Shown here: positions 1 through 15,117 of the stretch, piece after piece
Layout: the number at the start of each line of letters is the position of its first letter
Position numbering within the stretch: the stretch's first letter is position 1
Assembly (NCBI GenBank): GCA_977030845.1
Contig: OZ365114.1
Location: forward strand, 15,872,001-15,936,000
Length of the DNA: 64,000 bases
Source of the DNA: Fimbriosthenelais zetlandica
Taxonomy: Eukaryota
Reading direction: 5' to 3'
Program-made: the position numbers and the translations under genes
The notes under the pieces: model-generated
Told to the model about the DNA's origin: nothing
Database searches by the model: none
What the model saw: only the letters and a program-made list of their open reading frames with translations

Positions 1-444
1 GATTTTACTCTCGAGTACAAAAACGGTTTGATAAGAACCAAGATTCTATTAGAAAACGACCGGCTTTGTATTTCCCAAGAGAGGAATCAACGCAATTTTA
101 GATGTCTACATCTCGCTTATCAATTCATACATCCTATAAAGTATATGGGAAATTAAATCCATGTTTGCTTTTTAAATACCATGTGCTGGGATGGCTATAG
201 TCAGTAAGGAGGAATAAATGGGTGATTTGATGGCAATATATCAAAAGTTGTGTATATAAAACCATTAGATTGTAATGGTGCAGTGTAAGTTATTATATTA
301 AAGTGATTTGGAATAGAAGTGAACATTATTCACAGGGTCATTAGGCCTACATAATAAATATGTGTTATTTGTTATTCATTCTTTGAAGTAGTGTTATTAT
401 ACGGTACAATTAGATATAATTAAACTTTGCATGTTTTCTTTCAG

Positions 445-3400
445 ATAATAAACCCTTATCAAATATTTATCATTCCACTCACTATTTATACGGGTATGGA
501 ACAAGTCTTTCTCACAGTTGAATATACAAGGGTAAGTCGATTACTTTTAAATAATATATTCATTGATTGATCGTTCAAACTATTGTAAATAAAACATGAG
601 TGGATCGGGCATGCATAGTTAGCCCTATGTATTTAATCCCAATATAAATTCAGCTGGGCAAACTATCAGTCTTCCAGGCCATTATTATTGAACCATTCAT
701 ATGTATATGTAACACTGGTTGCACTAACAGCAACTCAGACCAATAGAAAACCATCTATCTAGATGAAGACTATGGGGGAAGCCTGTTAAACATGACAACC
801 CTTCAATTGTTTTTTTCTCAAAATATTTGTATTTCCATTATCAGTTTATCTTAGCCATCTTATCTCCACAAAATATTTATTGGACCAGCTACGGCTGAAA
901 CCTCACAAGAAGTGTCTGTTCAGAAGCTGTAGGAAATTTACTTCCCATTGCTCAGACTTTCCATCACCTATCACAATCTTATTTCGCTTGCGATGATATC
1001 CAATTTTCCAAGCTTCCCATCGGGGCAAAGCTTCTTTCTATTACGTCTTCAAGGACTGAATGATAGCAAGCTGAGGATTTGGCATGTGAATAATAGATGG
1101 ACAGGAAATGCTGGAAGAGTTTGGTAATTTTGAGGACCCAGCAGGAGTGCCTTTCAATATAAAGGCTCGGGCAGCAAATGAAAAATATCGCAAATAGTTG
1201 AAAGGTTTGAATTACGGTCGAGACAATTTGGATGTTCCGCAATCAATTTACTGCCTGACACCGAAAATGTAGTCGAATGACTCAATTGAAAAGTGCCTCT
1301 AGCAGGTAGCTTTAAAACAATTGTGGAACTTATTATGGAAGGTCAGGACTTCCAAAGTTTTCCTGACAAACTATAATTTTCTTCGATATATCGGCTTGCT
1401 TATTGATTGCAGGCTTATGCGACGTGCGCCCTGGGGATGGAGAAGATCGGATACGTTGTTATCTCCTATGCTACTGTGGCTGCTCTTTTCTCCCTGGCAA
1501 GTTCCCAGCTTGTCAATGTAGTAGGCAGGATGCCTCTATTTCTTATCGGTAAGTCAAACTGCTACACAACTCTCATCCATATCCTACTCGAGGCAGAAGT
1601 ATATGGCAAGCATGAAATGTAAAACTGCCGTATTGGGTACAATGAAAAAAGGATCCCACAATGTCTAAAATGCATTTGTGGCGCATACAAATGGACCAAA
1701 AGTATTGTTTTGAATTTCTAGCTATAGCCAGACTCGCTGTTTCATACCATTTGGTTGGTGTTTGGTATTACAAAACATTCACTTAAGAGCCTCGGAACAT
1801 CATGGACCTTTTTCCATTTTGCTTCTTTTCAACTGTGACAAGCCCCGGAGCTGAATTGTATTTTTTACAGGTTTCTCCCACTCCAACCCATCACATATGA
1901 GGATCGAAAAACATCTGAAATGACACCTAATCTGATTTTACCAAAAATCCTTTCTATCACACATGAGACATTGTCAAACTTCTGACACATGCCACTTATA
2001 TGATCTCGCTCATTTTAAACTGAGTTTACACACACAAAATAATCCAACATTGAAGTGACAGATTTCCGGCTCAAATGACTTTGGAATGGGCCAATATGGT
2101 AGAGCGCGTGTCGAGGATGTAGCGTGGAATGGCTCAGCATGAGAAGCCACAGTGTGAATAGAGAGAAGCCAATTTGAATGGAGCGGCGGAAGCCACTTGT
2201 CCGGGCACTGCGGTGGCCACGTGGCCCTGGTTCCAGAGTGAATGGAGGTAGTGGGTAACATCCTGGGTAATTCTGACCCCTTCATTCCACGCCAATTGCT
2301 CGGATATCCCCCCAATCTGGTAGAAGCCAAGAGGGGGGAAAGAGGAGCGAGTGAAAGGGCCTGATGAAGGAGGAAAGTGGAAAGAAACCCCAGGCTCTTA
2401 GGTGAGAGGAAATAGCTCGACGTGTATGTGGATGGAGGGCTTGCCTTTCTCCAGGGGAAAGAGAGAGGAGGCTATATCCAAAGGCATGATCTGTTTACAG
2501 TGTCTATATATACTGTATGCCAAACAAAATGACTTTACTCGTTTTTTAAAAATCACGATGAGTGAAATGGGATTTCAGCTCAGAGTTCATATGACAATGT
2601 GATTACAAACCTTTGCAATATTTAATACGGCTTCCTGCAGATTGCTGGGAAGTTGGGTGGGAATGGTTGTATATGTACAGACGTGGGCAAACAAACTTTG
2701 AAGTAAACAGACTGACGAAATGACAATTACAGTTTTAACTCGAAGCTCTGGTAAAAAGTGGCTTCGAAATTGTCAATGGCGTAGCCTGCAGGCATATTAG
2801 GTGTCCTTTCATTGACTCAAACAGCCGGGAATTCCCATGAAGGATAGAGACAAAAACTAATGAAAGAAACTAGCCTTTGTTCTCCCCCCAGTCAAAAACA
2901 GGGATTACCTTGGGTAAAGAGGAAGACAAAACACCTAAATTAAATATCAGTTCTCAGAAATGCTTTCTTTTATAAAATACAAAATAAATACATCCCAAAA
3001 TGGGCCATATATTTTAATGGAAGGCATAACGTATTAGATAGCTAATTGGTATAGAGGTGAGGACCCAATGATCCCATGAGGAAGATTAGCCCCTCTAGCT
3101 CTGTAAGTATTTAGACAGGCCAGGATGAGATTCTGTCTGGAGCAATATCCCTAGGGCAGGTGCCCCATATACATTACACAGCAGAGCAAGGGACTTATCT
3201 GTATTTATATATTGTGTAAAGGATTAAAAATAGAGAAATTCTACAAATACAATGCCACGGGGAAGTCTAATCTGTCACCGGTACTTCCAAAAGATTGATA
3301 CATACTGTATGCCATACAGACAGGGGAGACGGTCCTGAATGTCATCCTCTGAGACAAATCAGAATCTGCTACTACTATATATATATATGCCAGGAACTAC

Positions 3401-6400
3401 ACTTGTGTACATGGTAAATTTGAATAAATGAGAATTTATTCAAAAGCGCCAATTCTGTAAGACAATGGGCCCATTATTTGGGACAAAGTCCTGATAAGTC
3501 AATCCAAATTAGACAGTCGATGCTTAATACAAGGGATGAGCCGGTCACTCAATCAGCCCCTATAAAAAGTTCAATCTTAATTGGACAATTACCTCCTCGC
3601 CAAAAGGCAAAGGATAATTAATCGGCGAGGTAATCTATCCGGACAAGGTGATTACACCAGATCTCTGTTAGTGGGCGCTACCGTATCCATGGACACATTG
3701 GGAGAGGGGGAGGATGGGGAGAAAGGAGAGAGGAGAGAGGGAGGAGAGCGGAAGAGGTAGAAAGGGTAGGAGGAGGGAAGAGGAGAGAAGAATATAATAA
3801 AAGCAGTGTAGGCTATACATATTCTTGCACCCTCTATTTAGCCTAGACAGCAATTCCTGCATACATGTCCTAAAGTGTCATTAGTCCATATCTATAAGCT
3901 TGCCAGGCGGTAATTAGTCGAGGGAATAGAAAGCACCGGTGTCTAAGTTCACCCAGTCATGTCACAGCTGCTGATGAAAACTACTACAGTACATTACATA
4001 TAGAGAGGGGGAAGAGGAGGGAGCAGTGATGGAGGAGGTAGAAGGGGATGGGGAGAAGAGAGGGAAGAGGGGAATACATAAAATAAAAGGAAATAGGGGA
4101 AGTCACTCGTGGGAAAGGAACCCAGCAGGATCAAGACAAAAGCCAGGCAAGAACTTTTATAGCAGTTGCAACAGTCCACTTGTAAGGCAATCAATTCGTT
4201 TTCCAAAAATGGAATTGGAAATGTATTGTTGATCTATGGACAAGTTTAAAGTCTTGAGAGGACTTTTCTTTGCCAGACACGCTGCAATCAAAATGAAGGC
4301 AAGATTGTGGATTTCCTCTCCAGAAAGGCCCAATAATCACAGGCGATCCTATACCAAATTAATTGCGTTAGCAAGCGCCTACTGATACCAATTTCTTCAT
4401 CCTCTCTAGTTGTTCCCTGTATATGGAATGAGGAGATTGTTCCCTCCCCCAGCCATTATGGAGCGGAGGGGGGTCAGAGGGATTTGGTGCAGTTGGTATT
4501 AGTCCGGGTAAAACATTCATTTCCCTGCACTACTATGCAAAGACTAGCACCGTGTGCCAGTTTTAGATCTAATACACAGCATCCATATAACCAAGCGGGG
4601 CTTTTCTGTATTAAAGATGATTGCCAGCCAGTGTTTGCTAAGCAGATAGCTCTGCTCGAGTGAAATTAGTATCAAGCAATTGACAATCAGTGATACAGAC
4701 TCTTGATATTCTTATTATAATGTGTGTACAGGGTGGTGGGACACTTTTAGTATGCCGTATAAAATAAAGAAAAACGCCCATCCAACCTGGTATACGAGGT
4801 GGACCCTAAACGAGTATCCGATTTACGATATGACAAATAATTATTGTTTCATAATTAAAAAAAAAACAATTGACCTTGCTGCTTGTCATTCATCCATGGG
4901 TAGGCCTTATGCAGAGAAGTCGACTTCATATCTGCTTAATCAGAAGAAGTGTATAACACGGAATTCACACGGCATTAAGTCCCTTAATATTATACTCACA
5001 GATCAAATAATGATCTAAAGTTGAAAGGCCAGTTTCAAAGTTTCAACCCAAAGGCACCAAAAGAGAGCCTCTGGTCATCAATCGAGCTGCTCAGGATGTC
5101 CCCAATGTCTCTCTGTAATGGGCGGGGAGATAATAATGTTTCTGAAATGGACGAGAGATATCTCTTATCTCAATGCCATGCTCAGCAGCTAAATCTGAGC
5201 GGAGACAATTGAAATTCATAAATACCAAAACACCACCTCTGGTAAGAACACAGCATACAGGGCCTAAGTTTTCAGGTAGTAATAATATTCTCATAATCAA
5301 TTGGCACACCAAAGGTCATTTCCAAAGCTAGTTTACTTTGCAATTAGAGAAGTAGTCATTCGTGCATGGCAAAGTGCCGTACGGTATAGTGATCAATATC
5401 ATCAAAAGGATCTATGTACAATGAATATACAATGTAGACTGAAATGTTTGGGAATGGTGAGAAAGGGTGTGGGTCAAATAGACACATCAAATTTGCATCA
5501 TCATGAATGTAGAGGTATAGGGTATGTTTTAGATTATGCATGACACGGTGCCTTACATTGATCTTGCAGGAGCTGGAGCTCACATTGGTTGTATGGTGGT
5601 ATTCATGCGGTGGACACCCTACCCAGACAGTCTCATCATGTTCATCATCATGCCTGCCATCTGGGGCATCGGCGATGCCATCTGGCAATCACAAATCAAT
5701 GGTGAGTACGATAGGCCACCATGGCTCTCATCCCTCCCTATAGCAATGCTATAGGGGCGGGTTTGGGCAGATCGGAAAACTCTTTAGCTTCACAGGACCA
5801 TCCAAAATGGGTTTCAAACTTTTGGATGTCAGAGGGAAGAGTCAAGAGCCAGAAGGTGGGGATTGGGGCGTTGAGGGTAAAAAAGGGAGGGGCCGGGGGA
5901 ATCCAGCTTTATGGCCCAAGAAATTAAATAGTTGAGGCACAGAAAATCATCTCTGAAAAGTGGAGGGATTGGTCCTGCCATCCCCCCAACCCAGCTCTGG
6001 ATGTCCAAAGTGGCATCTCCATCTTGGGCCTTTAACGACGTTGTAATTGGCAATGTGTCACCTCAGGAATTTGAGCCTATAAGAGACAGCTCGTATGGGG
6101 ATTACTTTTTCCTTTTCACGATCGACCCTTGGTAATGGGACTCTAAATTGTATAGCAAGCCATTAGCAGCAATGTCCACTTTTTGTGTTAGATGATCTTT
6201 CAATTCATCAGTTAAGAGGATATTGCCATTAATGCCATTTAAAGGAATATCCACCAGATATATATGATCCATAAAGATGCGGGAAAGTAGAATCTATTTA
6301 ATCAGGCCAATAGAGCAGAAAGTCCTCAAAACCATAGGGTGGGTCCACGAATAACGACCAGGATGTTCTAACTAATTAGTTAGCTAGCCCACTTGTCTCT

Positions 6401-7206
6401 TGAGAATACATTTGGCTAGGCTTATTTTCTGCCTTGTAATTAGTCTAAATTCACAGAGGAATTAGGGTGAAACTCCAACCCTCAATAAGGTTCAGGAAAT
6501 CATCAATGGCTATGATGTTCACATGTATAACTGTCCATCTCTTTCAGCCTTCTACGGTGTGTTATTCAGTGACCAGTCAGAGGCTGCATTTGCTAACTAC
6601 CGGATGTGGGAATCGGTGGGTTTCATCATGTCCCTCTCATACAGCCCCTTCCTCTGCGTGTATTTGAAGATCTACATCCTCATCGGCTGTTTAATCACAG
6701 GCCTGGTGGGCTACTTCGTGGTGGAGGGCATGTACAGCAAAGAGTCGTCAGAAAGGGAAACTGAACTTGCCAAAAAGGGCATCGCCGTTGACCCGGATAC
6801 GTCTGAAAGTGACGGCGCACCATTCAGCGGCCTCGCGCAGATGATCAGGAGGAAGTCGAGTGTCTACCTACCCCAGAGTGCGGTTCGCGAGGCGGCAGAA
6901 GTGATGCGCCGCAAGTCTAATGCATTCCTTACACCCGGTATGGACAACCCCGAGCAAGTTATTCGCCGGCGTCTCAGCACCTTTGCCCCTGTTATGGAGG
7001 AAAATGAAGAGAATACCCCCAACTCAAGTGTTTGTAGTACGCCGGTGGCCCATCCCAGGGCCGATTCTCTCATCATGGCTTCAGAAGATGTCTTCGAAGC
7101 TGAGCATAGTAAAATGGACGAGGACAGTGATAACAATGAAGGCAAACCAGAAGCCATCTCACAACCAGTGGTGGATTATCATTACAAAAGGGAATATCAA
7201 GTGTAA
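445..7206 (+). CDS. UNC93A: UNC-93-like MFS transporter (UNC93A-like), 5'-truncated by the window edge; exons 445-531, 1413-1548, 5570-5701, 6548-7206
   Basis: Four GT-AG exons join in phase (0,1,1) to give IIPLTIYTGMEQVFLTVEYTR/AYATCALGMEKIGYV...WGIGDAIWQSQIN...FYGVLFSDQSEAAFANYRMWESVGF. These match recalled UNC-93 family motifs (PLTxYSGxEQ, WGxxDAxWQTQ, EAAFANYRLWESxGF). Stop TAA at 7204-7206. Confidence 0.87.
3703..4100 (+). repeat. Two purine-rich (GA/GGA) low-complexity tracts in the UNC-93-like intron
   Basis: About 3703-3790 and about 4002-4100 are almost entirely G/A. Confidence 0.8.
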
Positions 7207-10200
7207 TACTGGACATTCAATAGTCGGTATAGACCGTACAAAGTATTAAATGGGGCTTCAGATCTTAAGACAACCCATTGTTTCTTTGCTGTGATAACAG
7301 ACTGTATCATACAAAACATCTCCCGATTATTCCAAGGGCACACAATGCCCGCCTCACTCTCTGTTTTTCCTTTCAATTAAATAAAGAGGTTGCAAGAAAA
7401 GTGAATGAACCAACGCACATTTCCCTCTGCTCCAATAAGTCCATCAGAAATACAATGAACTTACTTTTAACAAGCCACGACTCACTCATGCCTTGTTATA
7501 ATGGTACACTATATATCACCTAACATTCCAAAATCCTCAATCCGAATCTCCCTTTGATATACTTTCCCTAAAGTGACATGTGGAACTTCTGTATCATAGC
7601 CTATGTTGTTTATAATTATTTGTCTCTGGTAAGTGATAGTATATGGAAATAAATTACATGGATCTAATCGTATTTCTGACTAACGTTTTTTATTATAATG
7701 TAGCTGAGATATATACAACCTCTGGTGAAATTGTTGGATGTTAAGTAAGATACAATCCTTGACTTTTTAATGTCAGGGATGGAAGGGTCATGTATATTTA
7801 GTAAAGTTATCTGCATAGAGTAAATCCTCACGGAGAAGAGATACATGGTCTATCTATTTAGGTGTTGGATGTTGCTATGGAATTTGACATGTTGATGGAT
7901 CACAGGTCTCAAGTGTCCAGAGAAGGGGTCAGTCCAGACCAATGGTCTTCTATGCATATGAAATCTACACCAAACAAGTTGTAGCTAAATTGGGGAAGAT
8001 ATTTTGTTAAACGTCCAGCGTTAATTTGGTAGTGATGGAAAAACAAGAAAGAAAAACGCTGTTGGCGCACCATATGCCCATTACCATGGACAAAGGATAC
8101 ATATACCTGGCCTTATATATATCACAGTTAACAACACATGGTGGAGTAGGCAAATAGCAACTTAGGATAATGCTCGATAAATAGAAGCATGCCCGTTCTG
8201 GTCAGTAATAATACCATAATATCGCATAAGAGAATGACCTTAAGTGACTCATGGGCTGTAAATAACCATGGTATGACATCCAAGAGAGATAACATGCCAG
8301 CAATCAAGGACAAAATACTTGATGCACTTGATAGCAGCTCGAAGCCACATAGTCATTGATTCAATACATCTGAGGGAAAACTTTAAATGATATAGACTGC
8401 ATTCCCTGAGTCCTAAGGTCATCAGAGAACTTTCTTGAGAGTACAAAGAAAAATCCAGTGTACAAAGTCTTAATTCTCATGGTTTCGTGTCAAGGAATAA
8501 ATCCATAGATCAATATTTTATCTGTCTACACAGTTGGCGGGAGAATATATCTAGTTTGAGTTCCATTGGACCATAGACCACAGAGGGGAATAAAGTTTTT
8601 ATTAAAAAGATAAACAGGACTGGCCATATGGAAAAATCTTACCAAGTGAAGGGACAGAGGACTGGCCGTCTGGGAGAGTATCTCCCAGCTACACTCGCTG
8701 ATCAATGCAGGGATAAGCCCCACTATATCTTTTTTTTTTAAATCTCATGTCTATAGCGTGTTCCATCGCTTCCTGTCTCATTTCAATTGAGAGACTGCCA
8801 TATAGAGGAAAAAAACAAACCATCTAAGACTGCCATACAAAGGAAAGAACAGGACATCTGGAACATCTATCGGAGAATTCGAATTATTTTAAATTTCTAA
8901 CGAGCTGCTGTCCAATCAAAATATGACATGACTGGATCAGGCAATTCAATTAATTCTGATTAAATCAGTGATTAATTGATTACGCTAATGTTCGAGTGAC
9001 TGACAACTCGCACTGAGATGTGGAGATAGCTGGAAATGTAAGACAAACATAGAGTTGTTTGCTCAGAAGGGAAAGGCTTTTGGAGATGGCCTCATGTCAT
9101 TCAGTTCTGTGACCACAAAGCGTCAGTGATGTTGATAAGGCTGTAATATCTGGCACTGCCAGCAGACAATGAGATTATCCTTCACACACCACCTCCCCTA
9201 CTCCTGCCCCTCTCCATGGCTCTGCTCCATGTTGCCAGTGACTGTTGGCAAACTTTTCCTCCTACATGATCACATTTACGTAAGGCCGGAGGGAGTCGTG
9301 GGTTCTCGCCCGTGTCTTATGAGGACGATATAAGCAAGGGTCAGCCCTGCTGCTGACCCTGCTTGCGCGACAAAGCCTGGATGGATGAGAACTTTTCCTC
9401 GTTGTCCCCCCAGATGTTGACTCGAGAGAGGAAAAGATTGCTGTAGTACATCAGAGAGATTCATGTGTGGAAAAAAAACAGAAGTAGGATAATCCTTCCT
9501 GTGATCAAGAAAATCCCTGACAGAGGGAATGTTTAAGACATCGGCAATGAGGTCGGTAGTGGCATGCAGAGCTCAGATTTGCTCTCTCCAATCAGCTCAC
9601 GAGAAAGGGTGGTCCAATCAGTGTACATATGGTCAGTGGTCAGAGGGACAGAAAGACAGAAATTCAAAGGCCAATAAGCACATGACTAGAGCGACAGAAC
9701 TTCAATGTCAATAACCAAATGTCTTAATTGATGGACGGAGGGGCAGTACTACAATGCCATGGGGACAAAAAGACCTGAGCAGAAAAATATGATATTTGAA
9801 GTTTTGATTTCCGTCATGCTTGTAATTAGCTAACATAAACCTATATGACGGAAGAGCTATAAGAAGGGTTGTGGCAGCTAACTAGTGGGCTAGAGCCGAC
9901 CTTTATCCTGCGTCATTTCCCATACCACAGACTCTGAGAACTAGGGTATAAGCTGCATTGGTATCCATTTGTAAAATTAATCTATCGTTTCAGTTCAACA
10001 GCGCTCCGACTTCCCACGGCCCCATGGATGGACATGTCTATGTAGGCCTAAGCCTACAACCCACAGAAACATTTTAAATTTCCAAAGAAAACATCTCGAT
10101 CATGTAAAAGACATTTGAGGAGAGGAGGTTGGTGTAATGTAAGTTGGTAGTGTTTTAGGAGGGTCAGGGGGAGATGGAGGGGACGTGTCCAATAACAGCA

Positions 10201-13200
10201 GAGAGCCTGGACCAGCTATAGGAGCCCTGCCTCAGAGAGCTGCTCCAATATAGTGTGGTGCCAACTATTGTCCCCAGGTGGAGCGAGCGATCAATGGTGG
10301 AGATGAGCAGGTGGTGGGCTCCACATTTCAACAGGTCACAGAATCCCTTAGTCTTGTAATCTTATCTCAATCATTTAGTCCACAAGATTTAGGGAGATTT
10401 AAATCCATGGATATTTCTCATTTATTTTTTATAATGACAAATTATGGGATTCCGCTTAGAACATGAGGTCCAAGAGGACTTTCAAAACACTTTTATTCTT
10501 TCAGGGTAAAGTGTTAAATAAGAATAAAAAATATATATTGGGGACTGGAGGCAAGTCGAGATAAGCCACCACGTTATAGTTCTCTCAAGAGAGTGGAATC
10601 CACTGCAGGCCTTGTAGATCAATTCAATAGGAAGAGCTTTTAACAGGGTCAGTGTATGGGAACTGCTGCGGTTTGCAAAATTTTAACAACTTGATGGGCG
10701 ATGTATGTTTCAGTAGGTTAGATGGACTAAACAGCTTAATCCATGTGCAGGCATGACAATTTTTTGTATATATTTCAACTCAAAATCTTATTCTATAAAG
10801 TCCATGCATAATTCAGTTAGCTGGAACAATATTTAAATCTAAATTTATAATATCGGGTTAACCTACCTTATCTCCTCCCATTGTTTCTCCTGAAATGACC
10901 AAGAAGACATTATAAAAAGTCCCAAGTCCCATTGGAATTCTTAAGAAACATGTCATACATAGACTATTAGCTATTGGCAAGGAACAACAAAAGAATTATA
11001 ATTTTCTTCATCACGTTGATATTAAATGTATTTATTATCCTCCTCCCTTGTTTAGGATCAATGTGAGGATAACCTTTGCTGGTCGTCTGGTGATAGTCAT
11101 CTTTGAGGACATAGAAGTCTCTCCCTGAGGTATAGTAACACCCACTGAGGCTAACAGTCTGTTCACTGGTCAGAACAAAGACGGACGAGAGGGACAATTC
11201 TCACAGGAGGACATTAAAGGAAACCTTCAGAAAAATAGCTCTCAGTTCAATTAAATACTGTTTCGGGTGTTTTGACAAGAATCTTTTTTTTTCTCTTTTT
11301 TTTTTGTTTGGGGGCGGGAGGGGTTCTATACCTGGCAGAACTTATTAGACAATATTTAATTTTCGATACCCCATCCGATTATAATTACATTTCCAAATAC
11401 TACTATGCACATTTAGTGACCTCTTATATACTACTTAGTATGTTATACTGACTATTATCCACAACTTCTAGGAATACTTCTCAGGGACCATTAGTATAAC
11501 TTATGTCCGTTTGACCACCGTCTCTGGGCCCTTTCTTTGAGCGGTGTTTGCTGTAGTGATTGGCAGAGTGGGTCTCAAGACAGACTGGAGCCCTGTAGGC
11601 CTATAATATATTTGTCTTGGGTAAACCTGTTGGAGCAGTCTATATAGGCTTCTCTCTATCTACATATGCCTGTATGTCTCACAATCTGTATATCAGGGGA
11701 AATGGATGTATACACCTTGATACTATGAAGCAATTAACAGGTTTTTGTACTGTATAGAACGGGGCTTGTTTGAGAAGAAATATATATTTTATAGTAATTA
11801 TAGTAGTTATTATAGACTAAATTATAGATACTCAAATGCATGGAAGTGTCCCACGTTCAGTCATGTAGACCTTTCAGAAGAGCTCTTTTTATCTCTATTA
11901 GCTCTAAGTTCATAAGATTTCTCAGAGCATGTCTTTTGTTAATTTCTTAAGACTTCCTTCCATTTCCCACAATATCTGTATAGAAAAATTGTGGTAGAGT
12001 AAAGTAGAAAAAATGCCTACATGATACTCCGACAATTAATAGGAAACATTAGGTGAAATTATTCGAGTTAAAAATCCAAGTTTGTTCACTTCGGATCCGC
12101 TGGGTGGGTTGGCGCTGACTTGCGCTCCATTTTCTAATCCGAGTTCACCTCCCGGCCACTGGGTTGGGTGGCGCTGGCTTATGGTCACTCAATGAAAGTA
12201 ATGACGGCCGATCATCATAGGATCACTATAGTATATTACCCCTACTATGGCCTGCCAACCAACCCACACCTTCACAAGCACAATTCACAGCATGACAGAA
12301 ATGAGTTAGGAATATATGTATACATATAAATATTTGGCTGTGATAAATTAATTGGTTGAATATCAGACATGGCTGGCATTCTACCACTCACCACACGGTT
12401 TCAGACATGATTTCATGAAATGATATTCAAGGTATAACCCATAGAAGTCATAGACGTATGTCTATGGTATAACGGTAAATAATATTCAGCACATAGTACA
12501 GACCCATGTTCTCAAGCTGTCATTTACCCTAGGGTCAGGTGTTTTTTCCATTTTTATTTTCAATTGTTTCAGAAATTGTCAGGTGGCACGACTCCCAACC
12601 ACGCCCCCGCCCCACACCAGATCCGACACAGAATAATTGTTTAGCCGCATGATAATATGAGTCAGAGCTAGGGTGGTTTCAAATTGAACAGACTTTGTTC
12701 TAGACAACCAGACTTTGCAACTAAAAAGCAGTCGGTGTACATAGGATTCTCGGTTGGCTGAACACATACAATAATGATAATTGTATATCATATGTACTCA
12801 TTTAGTCCCCATATATAAGAAGTTCCAAGTTGAGGGTGGACCTCTGAACTCATCACATCTTAAGGAGTAAATAGTGAGTTATTGACGTACACGAGGCAAT
12901 GGAATGTTGATCCCTGAATCCATGCCGGTAACTTTGTAAGACAGGCACACATTCCTAGACAACGAAAGTCAAATGTTGTGCACAAGTGGGTCTCTCTTTA
13001 GAGAAAGGTGTGTTAAAATTTTAAAAAAACCTTCCGTTATACTGTAATATCTCACTCTTTTTAATAAGGCAATATTCTAATATTCTACTCTATTGAGGGA
13101 CCAGTGCCAAAAGATCTACATCAGCAGATTTTTAATCTATGAATGGGCTCATGCATCCTTCTGAGAAATGCCACAGCAAAGAGGAACTTTTTGTCTAAAT

Positions 13201-15117
13201 TATTTAAAAAGTCAAAGATCATGGTGCCCAGGTCCAGGTTGAGATGGGCACCAGTGGCGCTACATGCCTTGGGAGGCTGAACCTGATGCAAGCGCTTCAG
13301 TCATAGCCTCTCCTAATTTAATAGGGGGATTTAAATCATGACATCTATATTAAAGTGGTCGTCACCCCTGCTCCTTCTCATCGTTTTTAGACATTCTGAA
13401 TCCTTGTTACATCAACCATGATCTAGTCTTATGTCAACCAGAAAAAAGTAGGTTATTAATTTCAGTTGAAATTAACGACAGAGTGAGATGAGAATCTTTT
13501 GAGTGTGACGACCTTATGACCCATCATGTCACGCCTATATAAGATAAATTCACGCTTCATTGAATGGTAGTCAGATATAATTATATGATGCCAGAGACTT
13601 TTGTTTCATAATAAAGATCTGTGAGAACATTAGCTTAAAAATTACTTTTAAAGGTCAATTTCTTCAATATTCAAACTCGGAAGCACACCACAATGAACTT
13701 AGTAACCCACAATTTGTCTATGTCTCCCAGATGTGCTTCACTTTCTAAATTTATAATATCCCACGACACGTATAGGTGACTAAGCCTTAAAGTGGTTCAG
13801 GTGGGATTTTCTAGATTTGCTTTGTGTTTAGGAAGCCAGATTTGATTAATTTCAGGACAATCTTATATATACAAATGGCTGTGATTTGAGGGTTGGCCTT
13901 TTATATACTATCTGTGAACAATCTGTAACCTGTTGGTTGAGCTGGCAGGTTGGGCGATTTGTGGGACCCATGTCTACACAGATGATATAAAATCACCGAC
14001 TATAATACTTTACTGAGATTCAAATGTTTCCTTAGAAGATATAGGCAAGGGGGCACCTCCACCTCCACAATTTGGAAGCAGAAACTTTAATTCGAAACAG
14101 GTAATATATCAGAGGTGGGTTCCTGCCGTGGAATCGACCAAATGTCTGAGAATGTGCCTGTTACAAACTGAGGTGGTGTATTTAAAAACAAAGATTAAAA
14201 TATTGGGCGTTAAAGGAAATGGTTTGGTTTAGAAGTCACCAATTGTGACTCATCTGGTCTATATCACCTTTATTATTCTCAACTTCTGCAATTGTACCCA
14301 CACAGAAGTTCAAATGGAAGAGAATTATACTGCAACCTGGCAAGAAACTTGTACATAAAACCAGAATATTCAAGAGCTCTTAAGCTTAACGGTCTAAAGC
14401 AGAAACAGTGTCCATCTAATAGCACATTTCATGGCATCTTCTAGTGGAAATATTTTATTTGAACATTATTTCAAATTGATGAGCGACCTCCATACAATCC
14501 CTCTACTCTACCGGTTGCTCCGGTAGGTCATGCTCAGTGGGCCAGGAAGGAGGGAAGGAAGAAGGGAGAGAGAGACGGCCTGGGGAGGGGGGCATAGTCA
14601 CTCAACTGTGCAAAAAGGGGGAGGGTGAGACTGAGAGAGGGAGAGAGGTGAGACTTGGCTGTGTATATACATGTAGACTAGGTTATGGAGGATCTTAACA
14701 AATATTATATGTACCCGGCACACAGATAATATGGATTAAATCCCATTATATATCCCAAGATCGATGGATTACATGTATATGGATGCCTGTATGTAGGTTG
14801 AAGAATCTTACAGAGCTGAAGGCTGTCTTGAGGTAAGTTTCCCAGGTTTTATAAATTATTCTTGGGGGTAAACTTGTTGCACATCAAAGGGCATGTAGGT
14901 ACCTCTACAGACACACGTCTCTCATACCGAGTACGTGGCCGGCCTGTTAAAATATTAATATGACTCTACAAGGACATTTTGAGGCACTTAAGCCGTTGGA
15001 AGGTGGATTTTTTAAGGATATATCTTGAATATTTATTTGAACTTGCTAAAACACCAAGTGGACAGAGACCCACATGGACACTTACACGCCCATTTGACAG
15101 TCCTGCCAGAAACTCTG

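Noticed and set aside
6864-7249. ORFs 6864-7157 (-) and 6920-7249 (+)
   Set aside because: Shadow frames of the UNC-93-like last exon.
8100-8720. Possible DIRS/Ngaro tyrosine-recombinase remnant on the minus strand (TGFFFVLSRK, GHSLMR)
   Set aside because: The motifs are short and imperfect, their spacing is too small and the frames are broken. It cannot be supported without a profile search.
11400-14500. Possible LINE/Penelope reverse-transcriptase fragments (VDREK, GLQGSSLS, FKGQFLQ)
   Set aside because: Each match is only 5-8 residues, with inconsistent spacing and strand. The region is probably decayed TE DNA but no family can be called.
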